Source of the DNA: an uncultured virus (IMG/VR IMGVR_UViG_3300025902_000018)
Taxonomy: Duplodnaviria; Heunggongvirae; Uroviricota; Caudoviricetes
IMG/VR virus record: IMGVR_UViG_3300025902_000018
Reading direction: 5' to 3' (one strand)
DNA length: 20,000 nucleotides
In this document: positions 6,868 to 14,770 of the stretch, piece by piece
Layout: each line of letters begins with the position of its first letter
Position numbering within the stretch: position 1 is the first letter of the stretch
The notes under the pieces: generated by a model
Seen by the model: the letters and a program-made list of their open reading frames with translations, nothing else
Database searches by the model: none
What the model was told of the DNA's origin: nothing
Program-made: the position numbers and the translations under genes

Positions 6868-8224
6868 AGATTCTAGGAAGAGAATCCCAAATAGAGTTCA
6901 CATAGGCATCGTGAAAGTCGGATCTGGGTGTTTCTAAGTCTACCAGTTCTTTAAACCCTTCATTGGTAAGGAGCCAGGAAAACAACACCAAGGTCATTAC
7001 TAGATCATCATGCTGGCCAGTACTGGCTTCAAATGACTTCTTTTTCCGTACCAAAGTAGACATCTCTTTGACAATTTCAATATCATTAAGAACGATCCAG
7101 TTCTTCTTAAGAAGGTCTATGAGCATTTCAAGACCTAACTTCTTGACCGGGACTGTCGTCTTTACTCCAAACTTAGTCCCTTCTTTAAAGAAGGCTGAAC
7201 TTACCTTCTGTTTTTTAATGGAGGTCTTAATTATGTTTTCATATTCATAGTCTCGATATAACGGTGAAGCAATATCATGAATATTGACTTCAATAAGTAA
7301 CCAGGCTTCATGATACATCTTGGCAAAACGCCAGACCAGTTCAGTAAACTGAAACAGATTAGTTTTATTACTTCTTAAGGTAAATACTACAGTATGAGGT
7401 TGTTGCTGCTCATTCTCTTGTTTTCCTACCCTAAAGATGGTCATAACTGAATAGTCTTCCCCTATTCCCTCAGCAATATCTACCACCCCGATATAGACCT
7501 CTTTAGGTTTAGGCTCTTCAAAGATCTTATACTCTTGACTTTGGTGAAGAGGGTTAGTATACTCAAGATGTTTAATCAACTCTGAGGGGATTACGGAATC
7601 TACGAACCCAAAAAATTCATTCTTAAACTCACGATTGAATCTGGCTTCACCTATATCCATGATAGTAGATTTAACCCACTGTTCATCACGTCCAGGAACG
7701 GACTGCCAGTTTACTTCAAAGGGGGCAAACGTATTCTCATTCTTTTTAGCGGAAGACCAAAGTTCATAGAAGTGATTAAGATCCTTTGCTGAAGAAACCA
7801 TGATAATTTGAGTCTCCTTACCTGAGGCAATAGTAGGGTAGACTGATGAATAAAACTCATTAAAGATGTTATTGGGGATAAACGCACAATTCTTAGAAGC
7901 AATATTACCCTCTAGATAGAACACCTCACCTTCTACACCTTGAATCGAATAAAGAGGGGTGATGCCTAACGTATGTGTTTTCTTTACCACCTGTTCAGAG
8001 GAAGTAATAAAGTCGCCAACCAGTAGGTCAGCAAGTGTTTTTTCAGTCCCCGAAGAGTCTAAGAGAACGTGATCGTGAGATCCTGTAATAGTTCTTCCTG
8101 AAGATAAACTAAGGGAGATTAAGCAGTTTGAATAAGTCTTTTTAAGGGCAGTGAATGGTTTAAATCCAGAGGGTGTCTTAATAAGATACCCTTTATTCAT
8201 AACGGTATGAGGTGCTAAATTCAT
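6836..8224 (-). CDS. terL: Split-intein C part (112 aa) fused to the terminase large subunit C-terminal fragment (post-Walker B ATPase plus nuclease)
   Basis: After SKN comes CAFIPNN..SVYPTIASGKETQIIMVSS..LNHFYELW, WQSVPGRDEQW, then nuclease motifs VVDIAEGIGEDYS, IEVN and GQHDDLVM. Confidence 0.92.
   Translation of the reverse strand: MNLAPHTVMNKGYLIKTPSGFKPFTALKKTYSNCLISLSLSSGRTITGSHDHVLLDSSGTEKTLADLLVGDFITSSEQVVKKTHTLGITPLYSIQGVEGEVFYLEGNIASKNCAFIPNNIFNEFYSSVYPTIASGKETQIIMVSSAKDLNHFYELWSSAKKNENTFAPFEVNWQSVPGRDEQWVKSTIMDIGEARFNREFKNEFFGFVDSVIPSELIKHLEYTNPLHQSQEYKIFEEPKPKEVYIGVVDIAEGIGEDYSVMTIFRVGKQENEQQQPHTVVFTLRSNKTNLFQFTELVWRFAKMYHEAWLLIEVNIHDIASPLYRDYEYENIIKTSIKKQKVSSAFFKEGTKFGVKTTVPVKKLGLEMLIDLLKKNWIVLNDIEIVKEMSTLVRKKKSFEASTGQHDDLVMTLVLFSWLLTNEGFKELVDLETPRSDFHDAYVNSIWDSLPRIFIEDGIHYNL
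7889..8224 (-). other. Long C-intein of an atypically split intein
   Basis: IKTPSGF, block B ITGSHDH, ADLLVGD, block F LYSI, block G FYLEGNIASKN followed by +1 Cys; no block A. Confidence 0.88.
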
Positions 8225-8654
8225 GGAAACTCACTTGTTGTTTGACAAAAAAGAGATTGACGAAGAGTTAAAGATTGGAAGTGATCTGTTTAAGGAGTCA
8301 CAAAGAACTCCTAACCTACATAACAAATTAAATGTCTTGGTATTGGAGTTACAACGGAGACGTGCTGCAACTCAACGTGAATACTTCCAGAAGTATCGAG
8401 AGAAGTGGGAATACTATACTGGAAAGGCATCCTCAGAAGTGTATAAGCAATGCCCGTTTCCATTTCGGATTCTTAAAGGGGATATAGACATCTATTTGAA
8501 CTCTGATACAGAATTGTCAAGTTTAAAGCAGGCATTAAATGAATTAGAATCAGACATAAGCTATATCTCTGAGGCACTAAAACAGGTAGGACAACGTTCC
8601 TATTTGATTAGGAATATGATGTCCTACCTGGAATATCTAAACGGTCTAACCTAA
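8223..8654 (+). CDS. uvsY: Recombination mediator UvsY
   Basis: KWEYYTGKA..VYK..PFPFRILKGDIDIYLNSD.EL and QRSYLIRN match the T4-like UvsY pattern. Confidence 0.8.
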   Translation: METHLLFDKKEIDEELKIGSDLFKESQRTPNLHNKLNVLVLELQRRRAATQREYFQKYREKWEYYTGKASSEVYKQCPFPFRILKGDIDIYLNSDTELSSLKQALNELESDISYISEALKQVGQRSYLIRNMMSYLEYLNGLT

Positions 8655-8657
8655 GAC

Positions 8658-9329
8658 TTAAACTTCAGCTACTAGGCCTACTTCAGTTCCAGTAAATTCA
8701 GTATCAGACCCAGAAGTAACATTCTCCCCATTCACATCCTTAGAAGTCCAATATTGGTATCTTAAGGTAACTGGGAACTCTTCAATGGAATCGTTCTGGT
8801 CATAGGCTAGGGCGATTTCACCTAGTCGAGTTGGGAATGAATTCACCATCTCATAGGTGTAGAGAACATTGTTTCTCCTGTCTAACTGTTCTACTTTAAA
8901 GTCAATAAAGTAGTTGAAGTAATCTCCGGCCCCACCTTGGAAATGACCCCCATTTACTTTACCATTGTAAGTTTCACGGTTCTCTTCATGGAGATTCATG
9001 CCATTCATCCAGTGTTCGAAGAATGACCTTACCCCGAAGTCTTGTGAGTTGAAACAGGTAATTTCCCAAGGATCAAACTCCCGATCCCCATACTCATAGA
9101 ACTTGCGCCCCATGAAAGGGACGGCGATTTCCCCTAGATTTGAGCCAGGAAGACTTGCCCCTTTGCAATAGAAGTAGAACAGGTTTTCTTTACCGCCAAG
9201 ATACTTCTTAGTGATAAAGGGTTCTGCCTGTTCCTTCTGCATAGACACCCTAAACAGAGTGGGTCTAACAGAAGTGAAGTTGTTTTTGAATTCATTGATT
9301 CCAGACAATCCCCGATATGATGTTGCCAT
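8658..9329 (-). CDS. Tail tube protein (gp19-like)
   Basis: RPTLFRV, CKGASLPGSNLGEIAVPFMGR..GDREFDPWEIT, VEQLDR, FPT..GEIALAYD..IEEFPVTLRYQYW; AAGGA SD. Confidence 0.9.
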   Translation of the reverse strand: MATSYRGLSGINEFKNNFTSVRPTLFRVSMQKEQAEPFITKKYLGGKENLFYFYCKGASLPGSNLGEIAVPFMGRKFYEYGDREFDPWEITCFNSQDFGVRSFFEHWMNGMNLHEENRETYNGKVNGGHFQGGAGDYFNYFIDFKVEQLDRRNNVLYTYEMVNSFPTRLGEIALAYDQNDSIEEFPVTLRYQYWTSKDVNGENVTSGSDTEFTGTEVGLVAEV

Positions 9330-9365
9330 GTTATTAAGTCCTTTATTGAAAGATTAAACCTTTTG

Positions 9366-9378
9366 ACTATTTAGTTTT
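9366..9378 (-). promoter_or_regulatory. Late-promoter-like AAAACTAAATAGT upstream of the tail tube gene
   Basis: TAAATA core in the intergenic gap; identical to 4316-4328. Confidence 0.6.
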
Positions 9379-9388
9379 AAGAACCTTT

Positions 9389-10120
9389 CTAAGTTCTCGT
9401 CGACCCACCTCTAGTAATTCCCCCAGGAGTCCAAGTAGGCGAGATAATAGTCCAACCATTGCCACCCCCACCTCCACGCCATATTTCAGAATCTGCTGGT
9501 CCCCCTTGTCCTTCTGAACTTCCACCAGTCCCAGGAATACCCGCGTTAAGCTCATCGGTCTCCCACCACTGGTACTGCAATGAAACTGTAAAGGTTTCTA
9601 TGCTATCATTTTCATCGTAATCCAATTTAATATCACTGCACTCTAGGGGAAACACCCCAAAGAACTTGTACTTCTTTAACGGATTCTCTCGCCTATCCAA
9701 CTGAGTAACGGTTAGCTCATCCATAAATATGTCAAAAGCCGTGGTCACTGTGGAGGAATTAGTTTCTATCTGATAGTTCTTCTCATTGAGATTGATGTTA
9801 TTCATCCATTCTTCAAAGAAGTTACGAATAGCAAAATCTTGTGAGTTATAGAACTCCAAGGTTAGAGTATCAAATTCACGATCTCCAGAATCGTAATACA
9901 TTCGCCCTAGGTAGGGTATCTGAAGAGGTGTTATTTTTGATGCAGGTAGGGTAGCAGATTTACAATAAATAAAGATGTCAGTAGTTTTATCTTTAGGGAT
10001 CCAAGTGTTCTTATAGAGCTTAGATTCCCAAATTTGAGGAAAATCTACTCGAAACCTATTGGGTCTAACCGAAGTAAACTTAGATTTGAAGGCGGCTATG
10101 GAACAAGATCCTTTACTCAT
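9389..10120 (-). CDS. Second gp19-like tail tube paralog with a Gly-rich C-terminal tail
   Basis: RPNRFRV, CKSATLPAS, PYLGR..GDREFD, QLDRR, IETFTVSLQYQWW; GGAG SD before ATG at 10120. Confidence 0.85.
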   Translation of the reverse strand: MSKGSCSIAAFKSKFTSVRPNRFRVDFPQIWESKLYKNTWIPKDKTTDIFIYCKSATLPASKITPLQIPYLGRMYYDSGDREFDTLTLEFYNSQDFAIRNFFEEWMNNINLNEKNYQIETNSSTVTTAFDIFMDELTVTQLDRRENPLKKYKFFGVFPLECSDIKLDYDENDSIETFTVSLQYQWWETDELNAGIPGTGGSSEGQGGPADSEIWRGGGGGNGWTIISPTWTPGGITRGGSTRT

Positions 10121-10147
10121 TGATGCTCCGAAAGAGAGGAAAAACAA

Positions 10148-10831
10148 ATGCGTTCTTTTAAAGACTTTCTTCTAGAGAAGTCCATTTCAGTATCGTCCCG
10201 ACTTCTTAAAGAGAATGTCGAAAAGGATTTGTACTGGTTAAATGTAGATTTTATTAACTATTTATATTTCATTGAAAATGGTGAATTCAATCCCAAATTG
10301 ACTAAGGGAAGACAACTGGTATTTGTTTCAGAACAAAGTTCATCAAAGTCTGACTTTAATAACATTTTTGATTATCCGGTTACTCTTTATTTTGATAAAG
10401 AAACCTTTAAATATTTTATTGATAAAAAAGAAGATAAAGGTGAACTTAAAGAAGCCCTAGACCCAGGCGAAGAGGTTGGGGAACCCGAAGAGGAACCCAC
10501 AGAAGTTCCAGAGGAACCTTTGGAAGCCCCAGAAGATACCGTAGAAGACCCTGAAGAGGAACTACCTCCAGAATACTCAATGTCCCCAGACAAGTTCGAT
10601 TTTGATATTTCTAGGAACAAAGATCTCCTGGTCAAGATAGAACTTAATTATACTCCTATTAACGAACTAACTCTTGAGAAGGACTTTAGAGATTTCACCA
10701 AAATTTTCACAATTAAGTTCTCTAACGATACTGATAACTTAAAGACTAAGTTTAAAGAAAGAATTACAGCTAAAACTGAACAGTGGCTAAGTAAGAGTAA
10801 GACAAAAGTAGAACTGATCATTACCGATTAA
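10148..10831 (+). CDS. Hypothetical protein with an acidic Glu/Pro-rich linker, possible head protein
   Basis: GAGGA SD; N-terminus MRSFKDFLLE; PEE-type low-complexity stretch at about 10460-10570. Confidence 0.65.
   Translation: MRSFKDFLLEKSISVSSRLLKENVEKDLYWLNVDFINYLYFIENGEFNPKLTKGRQLVFVSEQSSSKSDFNNIFDYPVTLYFDKETFKYFIDKKEDKGELKEALDPGEEVGEPEEEPTEVPEEPLEAPEDTVEDPEEELPPEYSMSPDKFDFDISRNKDLLVKIELNYTPINELTLEKDFRDFTKIFTIKFSNDTDNLKTKFKERITAKTEQWLSKSKTKVELIITD
10259..10266 (-). promoter_or_regulatory. T4-type late promoter embedded antisense in ORF 10148
   Basis: Minus strand reads TATAAATAGT about 140 nt upstream of the gp19 paralog start. Confidence 0.45.
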
Positions 10832-10842
10832 AAGGCAAACCC

Positions 10843-11343
10843 ATGGAACTAAAGACTAATGTTGTCCAAGATACAATTGATGGGGTTACAACCTACTATC
10901 TTAAGTTGTTCGACCAATACACCAACCGAGATGTTTGGGATATTGCAGATCCTAAAGATAAGAAAAATGTGAGTGCCTCTTACTTGGGGTGGATTGATGA
11001 CAGTGTAGTGGATTCAGTAAACCCAACTCTTACTTTGGTAGAGGATGAAGATGATGAAGATGATGAAGATATCCCCGAGGGTATTCTTGATATAAACTTT
11101 TCCCTTTCTGATAGCTTTGCATTCACCACAAAGGATGTTCAGGAAACTATCAGCCAGATAAGGGATACCTTGCTTAGTTATGACCTAATCTTACCCCCAG
11201 TTACCCCATTTTTAGAAACCTCTAGAGAACTCTATGATATAGAATTGTTCGATAAGAACTTTAAACGATTCTGGTTACTCCATTTAGACATTACCAAGGT
11301 TGGAGAATACTTTCAAGTCTATGCCGGAGTTATTGCTGCATAA
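10843..11343 (+). CDS. Acidic hypothetical protein
   Basis: 166-aa ORF in operon with an EDEDDEDDED tract. Confidence 0.6.
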   Translation: MELKTNVVQDTIDGVTTYYLKLFDQYTNRDVWDIADPKDKKNVSASYLGWIDDSVVDSVNPTLTLVEDEDDEDDEDIPEGILDINFSLSDSFAFTTKDVQETISQIRDTLLSYDLILPPVTPFLETSRELYDIELFDKNFKRFWLLHLDITKVGEYFQVYAGVIAA

Positions 11344-11345
11344 AC

Positions 11346-11699
11346 ATGTTGGACTTAGAGACATTAACCTATCTGAAAGAAGGGTATCTTCGTGGTAAAT
11401 TTACTACATCGTTGGTAAAGGATGTCAACCGAGTTTACATAATTAAAAAACAACTTACTAAATATAAGACACGCCGAATGCTGAATATTAGGTTGTTACT
11501 GAACAACATCATTTTATTGTTCAACTGTTTCACTCCAGGCACAGTAAAACGATTGTTGTATGAGAACTTCTCAGAAAATTTTGAGAGATCTATTCTAAAA
11601 ACCTGTATGATACAGATAAACTTTATGGAGTGTGATGAGTGGTTGGAAATAACCACAAATCCAGAAATTGATATACTAATCCGCCAAACCTTAGGTTGA
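11346..11699 (+). CDS. Conserved T4-like phage hypothetical protein
   Basis: D..RV.IIKKQL.KY....LNIRLLLNNIILLFNCF resembles a family I recognise from T4-like late regions. Confidence 0.6.
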   Translation: MLDLETLTYLKEGYLRGKFTTSLVKDVNRVYIIKKQLTKYKTRRMLNIRLLLNNIILLFNCFTPGTVKRLLYENFSENFERSILKTCMIQINFMECDEWLEITTNPEIDILIRQTLG

Positions 11700-11706
11700 C
11701 ACAGTT

Positions 11707-11934
11707 ATGAGCGAGCAAGAACTTCCCCAAGAAGAATCAGAAGAAGAAACTCCTAAGACAGGAGTTGACAATGTAGAAAATCCAGATCTTCCCCTAAAGT
11801 TTGATTTCCTGTTAAAAACTTCTAAACCCAGTAGATCAGCAAAACATCCTTGGATTAAGGTTAAGACTGACAAGAAGGGGGTTAAACTCCCGTCATTTGC
11901 CAGTTTCCTGAAAACTCACAAGAAACCTTCATGA
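11707..11934 (+). CDS. Small hypothetical protein
   Basis: 75-aa ORF, acidic N-half and basic C-half. Confidence 0.5.
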   Translation: MSEQELPQEESEEETPKTGVDNVENPDLPLKFDFLLKTSKPSRSAKHPWIKVKTDKKGVKLPSFASFLKTHKKPS

Positions 11935-11949
11935 TGAAGGAGTAGTTCC

Positions 11950-12573
11950 ATCGCTACCAATCCGTTCTTCTATGAGAATAGAGCCTCAATAGACAGTGAT
12001 CTATTGGAGGACATTATTATTGAATCCATCCAGATATCTGGAATCAACTGTTTCTATGTTAGAAAGACATTTCAAGACATTGATCAGATACTGGGTGAAG
12101 ATAATTTGATGAAGTTTTCAGATGCCTATCTTCTAGAATTCTACCTGGATTCCTTTGAGGGATATGGGGGGGAAGGGCAGATTGTCTCCAAGTTTGGGAT
12201 AGAAGTAAAGAACCGGCTAGACTTCTCAGTAGCAGTGAAGAGGTTTAAAGAGGAAGTAAAGATTGACCGTCCCATGGAGGGTGATCTTCTTTGGCTCCCA
12301 TTGACTCAATCCTTCTTTGAAATCCTCTTCGTTGAGGACAACATACCTTTCTTCGAATTAGGGAGAAACTATATCTTTAAACTGGCTACTCAATCTTGGT
12401 ATTATGGACAAGAAAAAGTAGAAACAGAAGAGGCTAGACTGAATAAGTTTGTTACAGATAAAAAAGAGACCACTCCTATTCTCTCTGACAATGATGAGTT
12501 TAATGACTTTGGGAATGATAAAATCATTGACACCAACATCTTTGGGGTGACTATTAAGGATAGAAGGCCATGA
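11950..12573 (+). CDS. Neck protein gp14-like, probable ATC start
   Basis: ESIQISG..FYVRK, ILGED, EGYGGEG..SKFGIEV, RPMEGDLLWLP, FEILFVE, PFFELG. The frame extends upstream to ATC-GCT-ACC-AAT-CCG-TTC with an AAGGAG SD. Confidence 0.85.
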   Translation: MATNPFFYENRASIDSDLLEDIIIESIQISGINCFYVRKTFQDIDQILGEDNLMKFSDAYLLEFYLDSFEGYGGEGQIVSKFGIEVKNRLDFSVAVKRFKEEVKIDRPMEGDLLWLPLTQSFFEILFVEDNIPFFELGRNYIFKLATQSWYYGQEKVETEEARLNKFVTDKKETTPILSDNDEFNDFGNDKIIDTNIFGVTIKDRRP

Positions 12574-13628
12574 TAGACACCTATTTTTATCACTCTACCT
12601 TAAAGAATGCCATAAAACTCTTCGGAAAGATATTCTCAGATTTAAAAGTAAAGAAGGGGGTTGAGTACTATGCAGTCCCTGTTACCTATGCAAAGAAGGA
12701 TAAGATAGTCCAGAAGTACAATCAGTATCTTACCGGTGATTCCCCCCATGAAGCCAATATAACGTTGCCTAGAATTGGTTTTATAATGGGTGATCCACAA
12801 CTGGATAAAAGTCGACAACTAAATCGGCTGAATAAGATAACGCCTGTTCAGACAAAGACTCGACAATACTACTCCTTTAACTCCATTCCTTATACTGTAC
12901 CTTTTAGTTTGTCTATAATGGCTAAGAATTTTGATGAGATTCTTCAGTTAGTAGAACAGATAGTGCCTTTCTTCTCTCCAGAGTTTGTAGTTACCATTCA
13001 AGATGTTCCTGAGTTAGAACTGAATACCGATTATGTTTTCTCATTAGAATCTGTTAGTGAAGAATTAGATACCTATGATGGTACCTTTGATGATAGGCGG
13101 TTGATTATTCAGACACTACTGTTCAACTGTCAGCTTAATCTGTACTATCCTGTCATGGAAGCCAAACAGATTAAGAAGATTATTTTGAATGGGATATCAG
13201 ATTTTGAAGTACAGGAAGAGTTGTTCGAATATACGTTAGAGGTAGTTCCCAAGGAAGCCCAGCCAGAAGAAGTTCACATTCTTAAGGAATCCTGGCAGGA
13301 TCTTGATAATGAACCAGTAGTAACCTTTACCTCTGAGCCTTATGAGATTTTTGTGTCTAACTTGAAAGGAGTTATCTTCTCAGATTATACCGATCAACAA
13401 AAGTTTGATGAGATATGGGCACTTATTCAGGATCAGCTTGCTATTATAAATGATTCTAATCAGATTTCTTCTCAGGTATTTTCAAGAATCACTAACAGTA
13501 TTGATTTAAAGGTGTGTTCTACCTTTACCAATCAAGAGATCATTGGTTATATCCCCTTAAAATCACTCGAAGTACCCTGTGATTTAGCCCCACCTAGATA
13601 TTCTGTGTCTGCCCAGGTTGCCCAATGA
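12570..13628 (+). CDS. Tail terminator / sheath stabilizer gp15-like with C-terminal extension
   Basis: YFYHSTLK...FGKIFSD, VPVTYA, TLPRIGF, PYTVPFSLSI, LQLVEQIVPFFSP, YDGTFDDRRLII.TL.F. Confidence 0.88.
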   Translation: MIDTYFYHSTLKNAIKLFGKIFSDLKVKKGVEYYAVPVTYAKKDKIVQKYNQYLTGDSPHEANITLPRIGFIMGDPQLDKSRQLNRLNKITPVQTKTRQYYSFNSIPYTVPFSLSIMAKNFDEILQLVEQIVPFFSPEFVVTIQDVPELELNTDYVFSLESVSEELDTYDGTFDDRRLIIQTLLFNCQLNLYYPVMEAKQIKKIILNGISDFEVQEELFEYTLEVVPKEAQPEEVHILKESWQDLDNEPVVTFTSEPYEIFVSNLKGVIFSDYTDQQKFDEIWALIQDQLAIINDSNQISSQVFSRITNSIDLKVCSTFTNQEIIGYIPLKSLEVPCDLAPPRYSVSAQVAQ

Positions 13629-14056
13629 TAGAACTTGAATCCAGTGATCAGATAGCTAAATTATTCTTTCCCCAAACTGATTCTCCATTAGTTTCACTCG
13701 AACCTGATGATAAGGAGATTGATGAATATCAGGACACTCTTACTTCTGATTTTTCAAAGGCCCGAAGTTCAATCAACTCTATCTTAAAAACGTCTGAGGT
13801 TGCTTTAGATAGGTTAATGGATGTGGTAAAGGATACTGATTCCCCTAGGGCATTTGAAGTAGCAGCTACTTTGATTGCTACTATCTCTAATTCATCTAAA
13901 GATCTCTTAGAACTTCATGAAAAACTACATAGGCTTAAAGAGAAAACCAATCAGGCTAACTCACCAGTAAATCAGACTAATATTCAGAACAACATTGCAT
14001 TTAAGGGAACTTCTAAAGATCTCTTGGAGTTGATCAAGGAAAGTTCAATTCCATGA
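13625..14056 (+). CDS. terS: Terminase small subunit gp16-like
   Basis: DFSKAR, DSPRAFEVAATLI, NNIAFKGTSKDL; follows gp15. Confidence 0.85.
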   Translation: MIELESSDQIAKLFFPQTDSPLVSLEPDDKEIDEYQDTLTSDFSKARSSINSILKTSEVALDRLMDVVKDTDSPRAFEVAATLIATISNSSKDLLELHEKLHRLKEKTNQANSPVNQTNIQNNIAFKGTSKDLLELIKESSIP

Positions 14057-14078
14057 AAAAGCCCCCTTTCGGGGGCTT
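14056..14078 (-). terminator. Intrinsic terminator for hsp20, possibly bidirectional
   Basis: Minus strand AAGCCCCC-GAAA-GGGGGC-TTTTT between convergent genes. Confidence 0.8.
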
Positions 14079-14092
14079 AACGGTTACACTGG

Positions 14093-14566
14093 CTACGATG
14101 ATTCTAAGACTGGTTGATTTTCATTTTTGGTAAAAATTTCAATCCGTTTAGGTTTCATCTCTTCAGGAACTACTCGATTTAACTCAATAGTCAAAATGCC
14201 ATTTTCGATTTCTGCTTTAGTGACTTTGATGTGATTCCCCAGTGTGAAGTCTAGTTTAAAAGCCCGCTTGGCGAGTTTCCTTCTTAAATACTTGACTGTT
14301 GAATCCTCTTTTTTATCTGCGTTGGATGAAATAGTAAGCCGTTGACCTTCTGTGGTAATGTCAACCTCTGAGGGGGTAAATCCTGCGATCCCTATTTCAA
14401 TTTTATAGTCATCATCCCCTATCTGGATAAGGTTAAAGGGAGGATAATTAGAAAGTGGTCTCTCATAGACCGTATCGAAGTTTAGAAGAGCATTCCACAG
14501 ACTGGATGGAATCTCTAGTTCATTAGCGTTAGAAAATGGACTTCTCTGAAGCATGTTGTAAGCCAT
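14093..14566 (-). CDS. hsp20: Small heat-shock protein Hsp20 (IbpA-like)
   Basis: NYPPFNL, IEIGIAGF, YLRRKLAKRAF...FTL, A.IENGILTIEL.RVVPEEMKPKRIEI. Confidence 0.93.
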   Translation of the reverse strand: MAYNMLQRSPFSNANELEIPSSLWNALLNFDTVYERPLSNYPPFNLIQIGDDDYKIEIGIAGFTPSEVDITTEGQRLTISSNADKKEDSTVKYLRRKLAKRAFKLDFTLGNHIKVTKAEIENGILTIELNRVVPEEMKPKRIEIFTKNENQPVLESS

Positions 14567-14691
14567 AGCATTCTCCTAATTAGCGAGTACCTGAATGAAA
14601 GTTGTGGATCCCACCTGGTGGCGATCCCTTTAAGTAGATTAGAATGAACCCAATCATTGAGTGACACAGTGTTCACCCAATGTTATTTATT
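14567..14691 (-). promoter_or_regulatory. hsp20 leader: AATAAATA promoter, two hairpins and a ROSE-like SD-sequestering stem
   Basis: The mRNA reads CUCGCU-AAUU-AGGAG next to the start codon; further stems at 14606-14627 and about 14655-14682. Confidence 0.6.
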
Positions 14692-14717
14692 ACAGGGGAA
14701 TTCCCAAAAAGTTTCCC

Positions 14718-14746
14718 TTGACATTTCCTTGAAACTATTGTAAACT
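14718..14746 (+). promoter_or_regulatory. Sigma70-type early promoter
   Basis: TTGACA-17 nt-TAAACT, preceded by CCCAAAAAGT. Confidence 0.7.
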
Positions 14747-14770
14747 GTAAAAAACTAGGAACCGAACTCC

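Noticed and set aside
6836..8224. Invertible DNA segment that re-forms a contiguous terL
   Set aside because: No inverted repeats seen at the junctions, no recombinase in the window, and inversion would still lack the Walker A-to-B segment.
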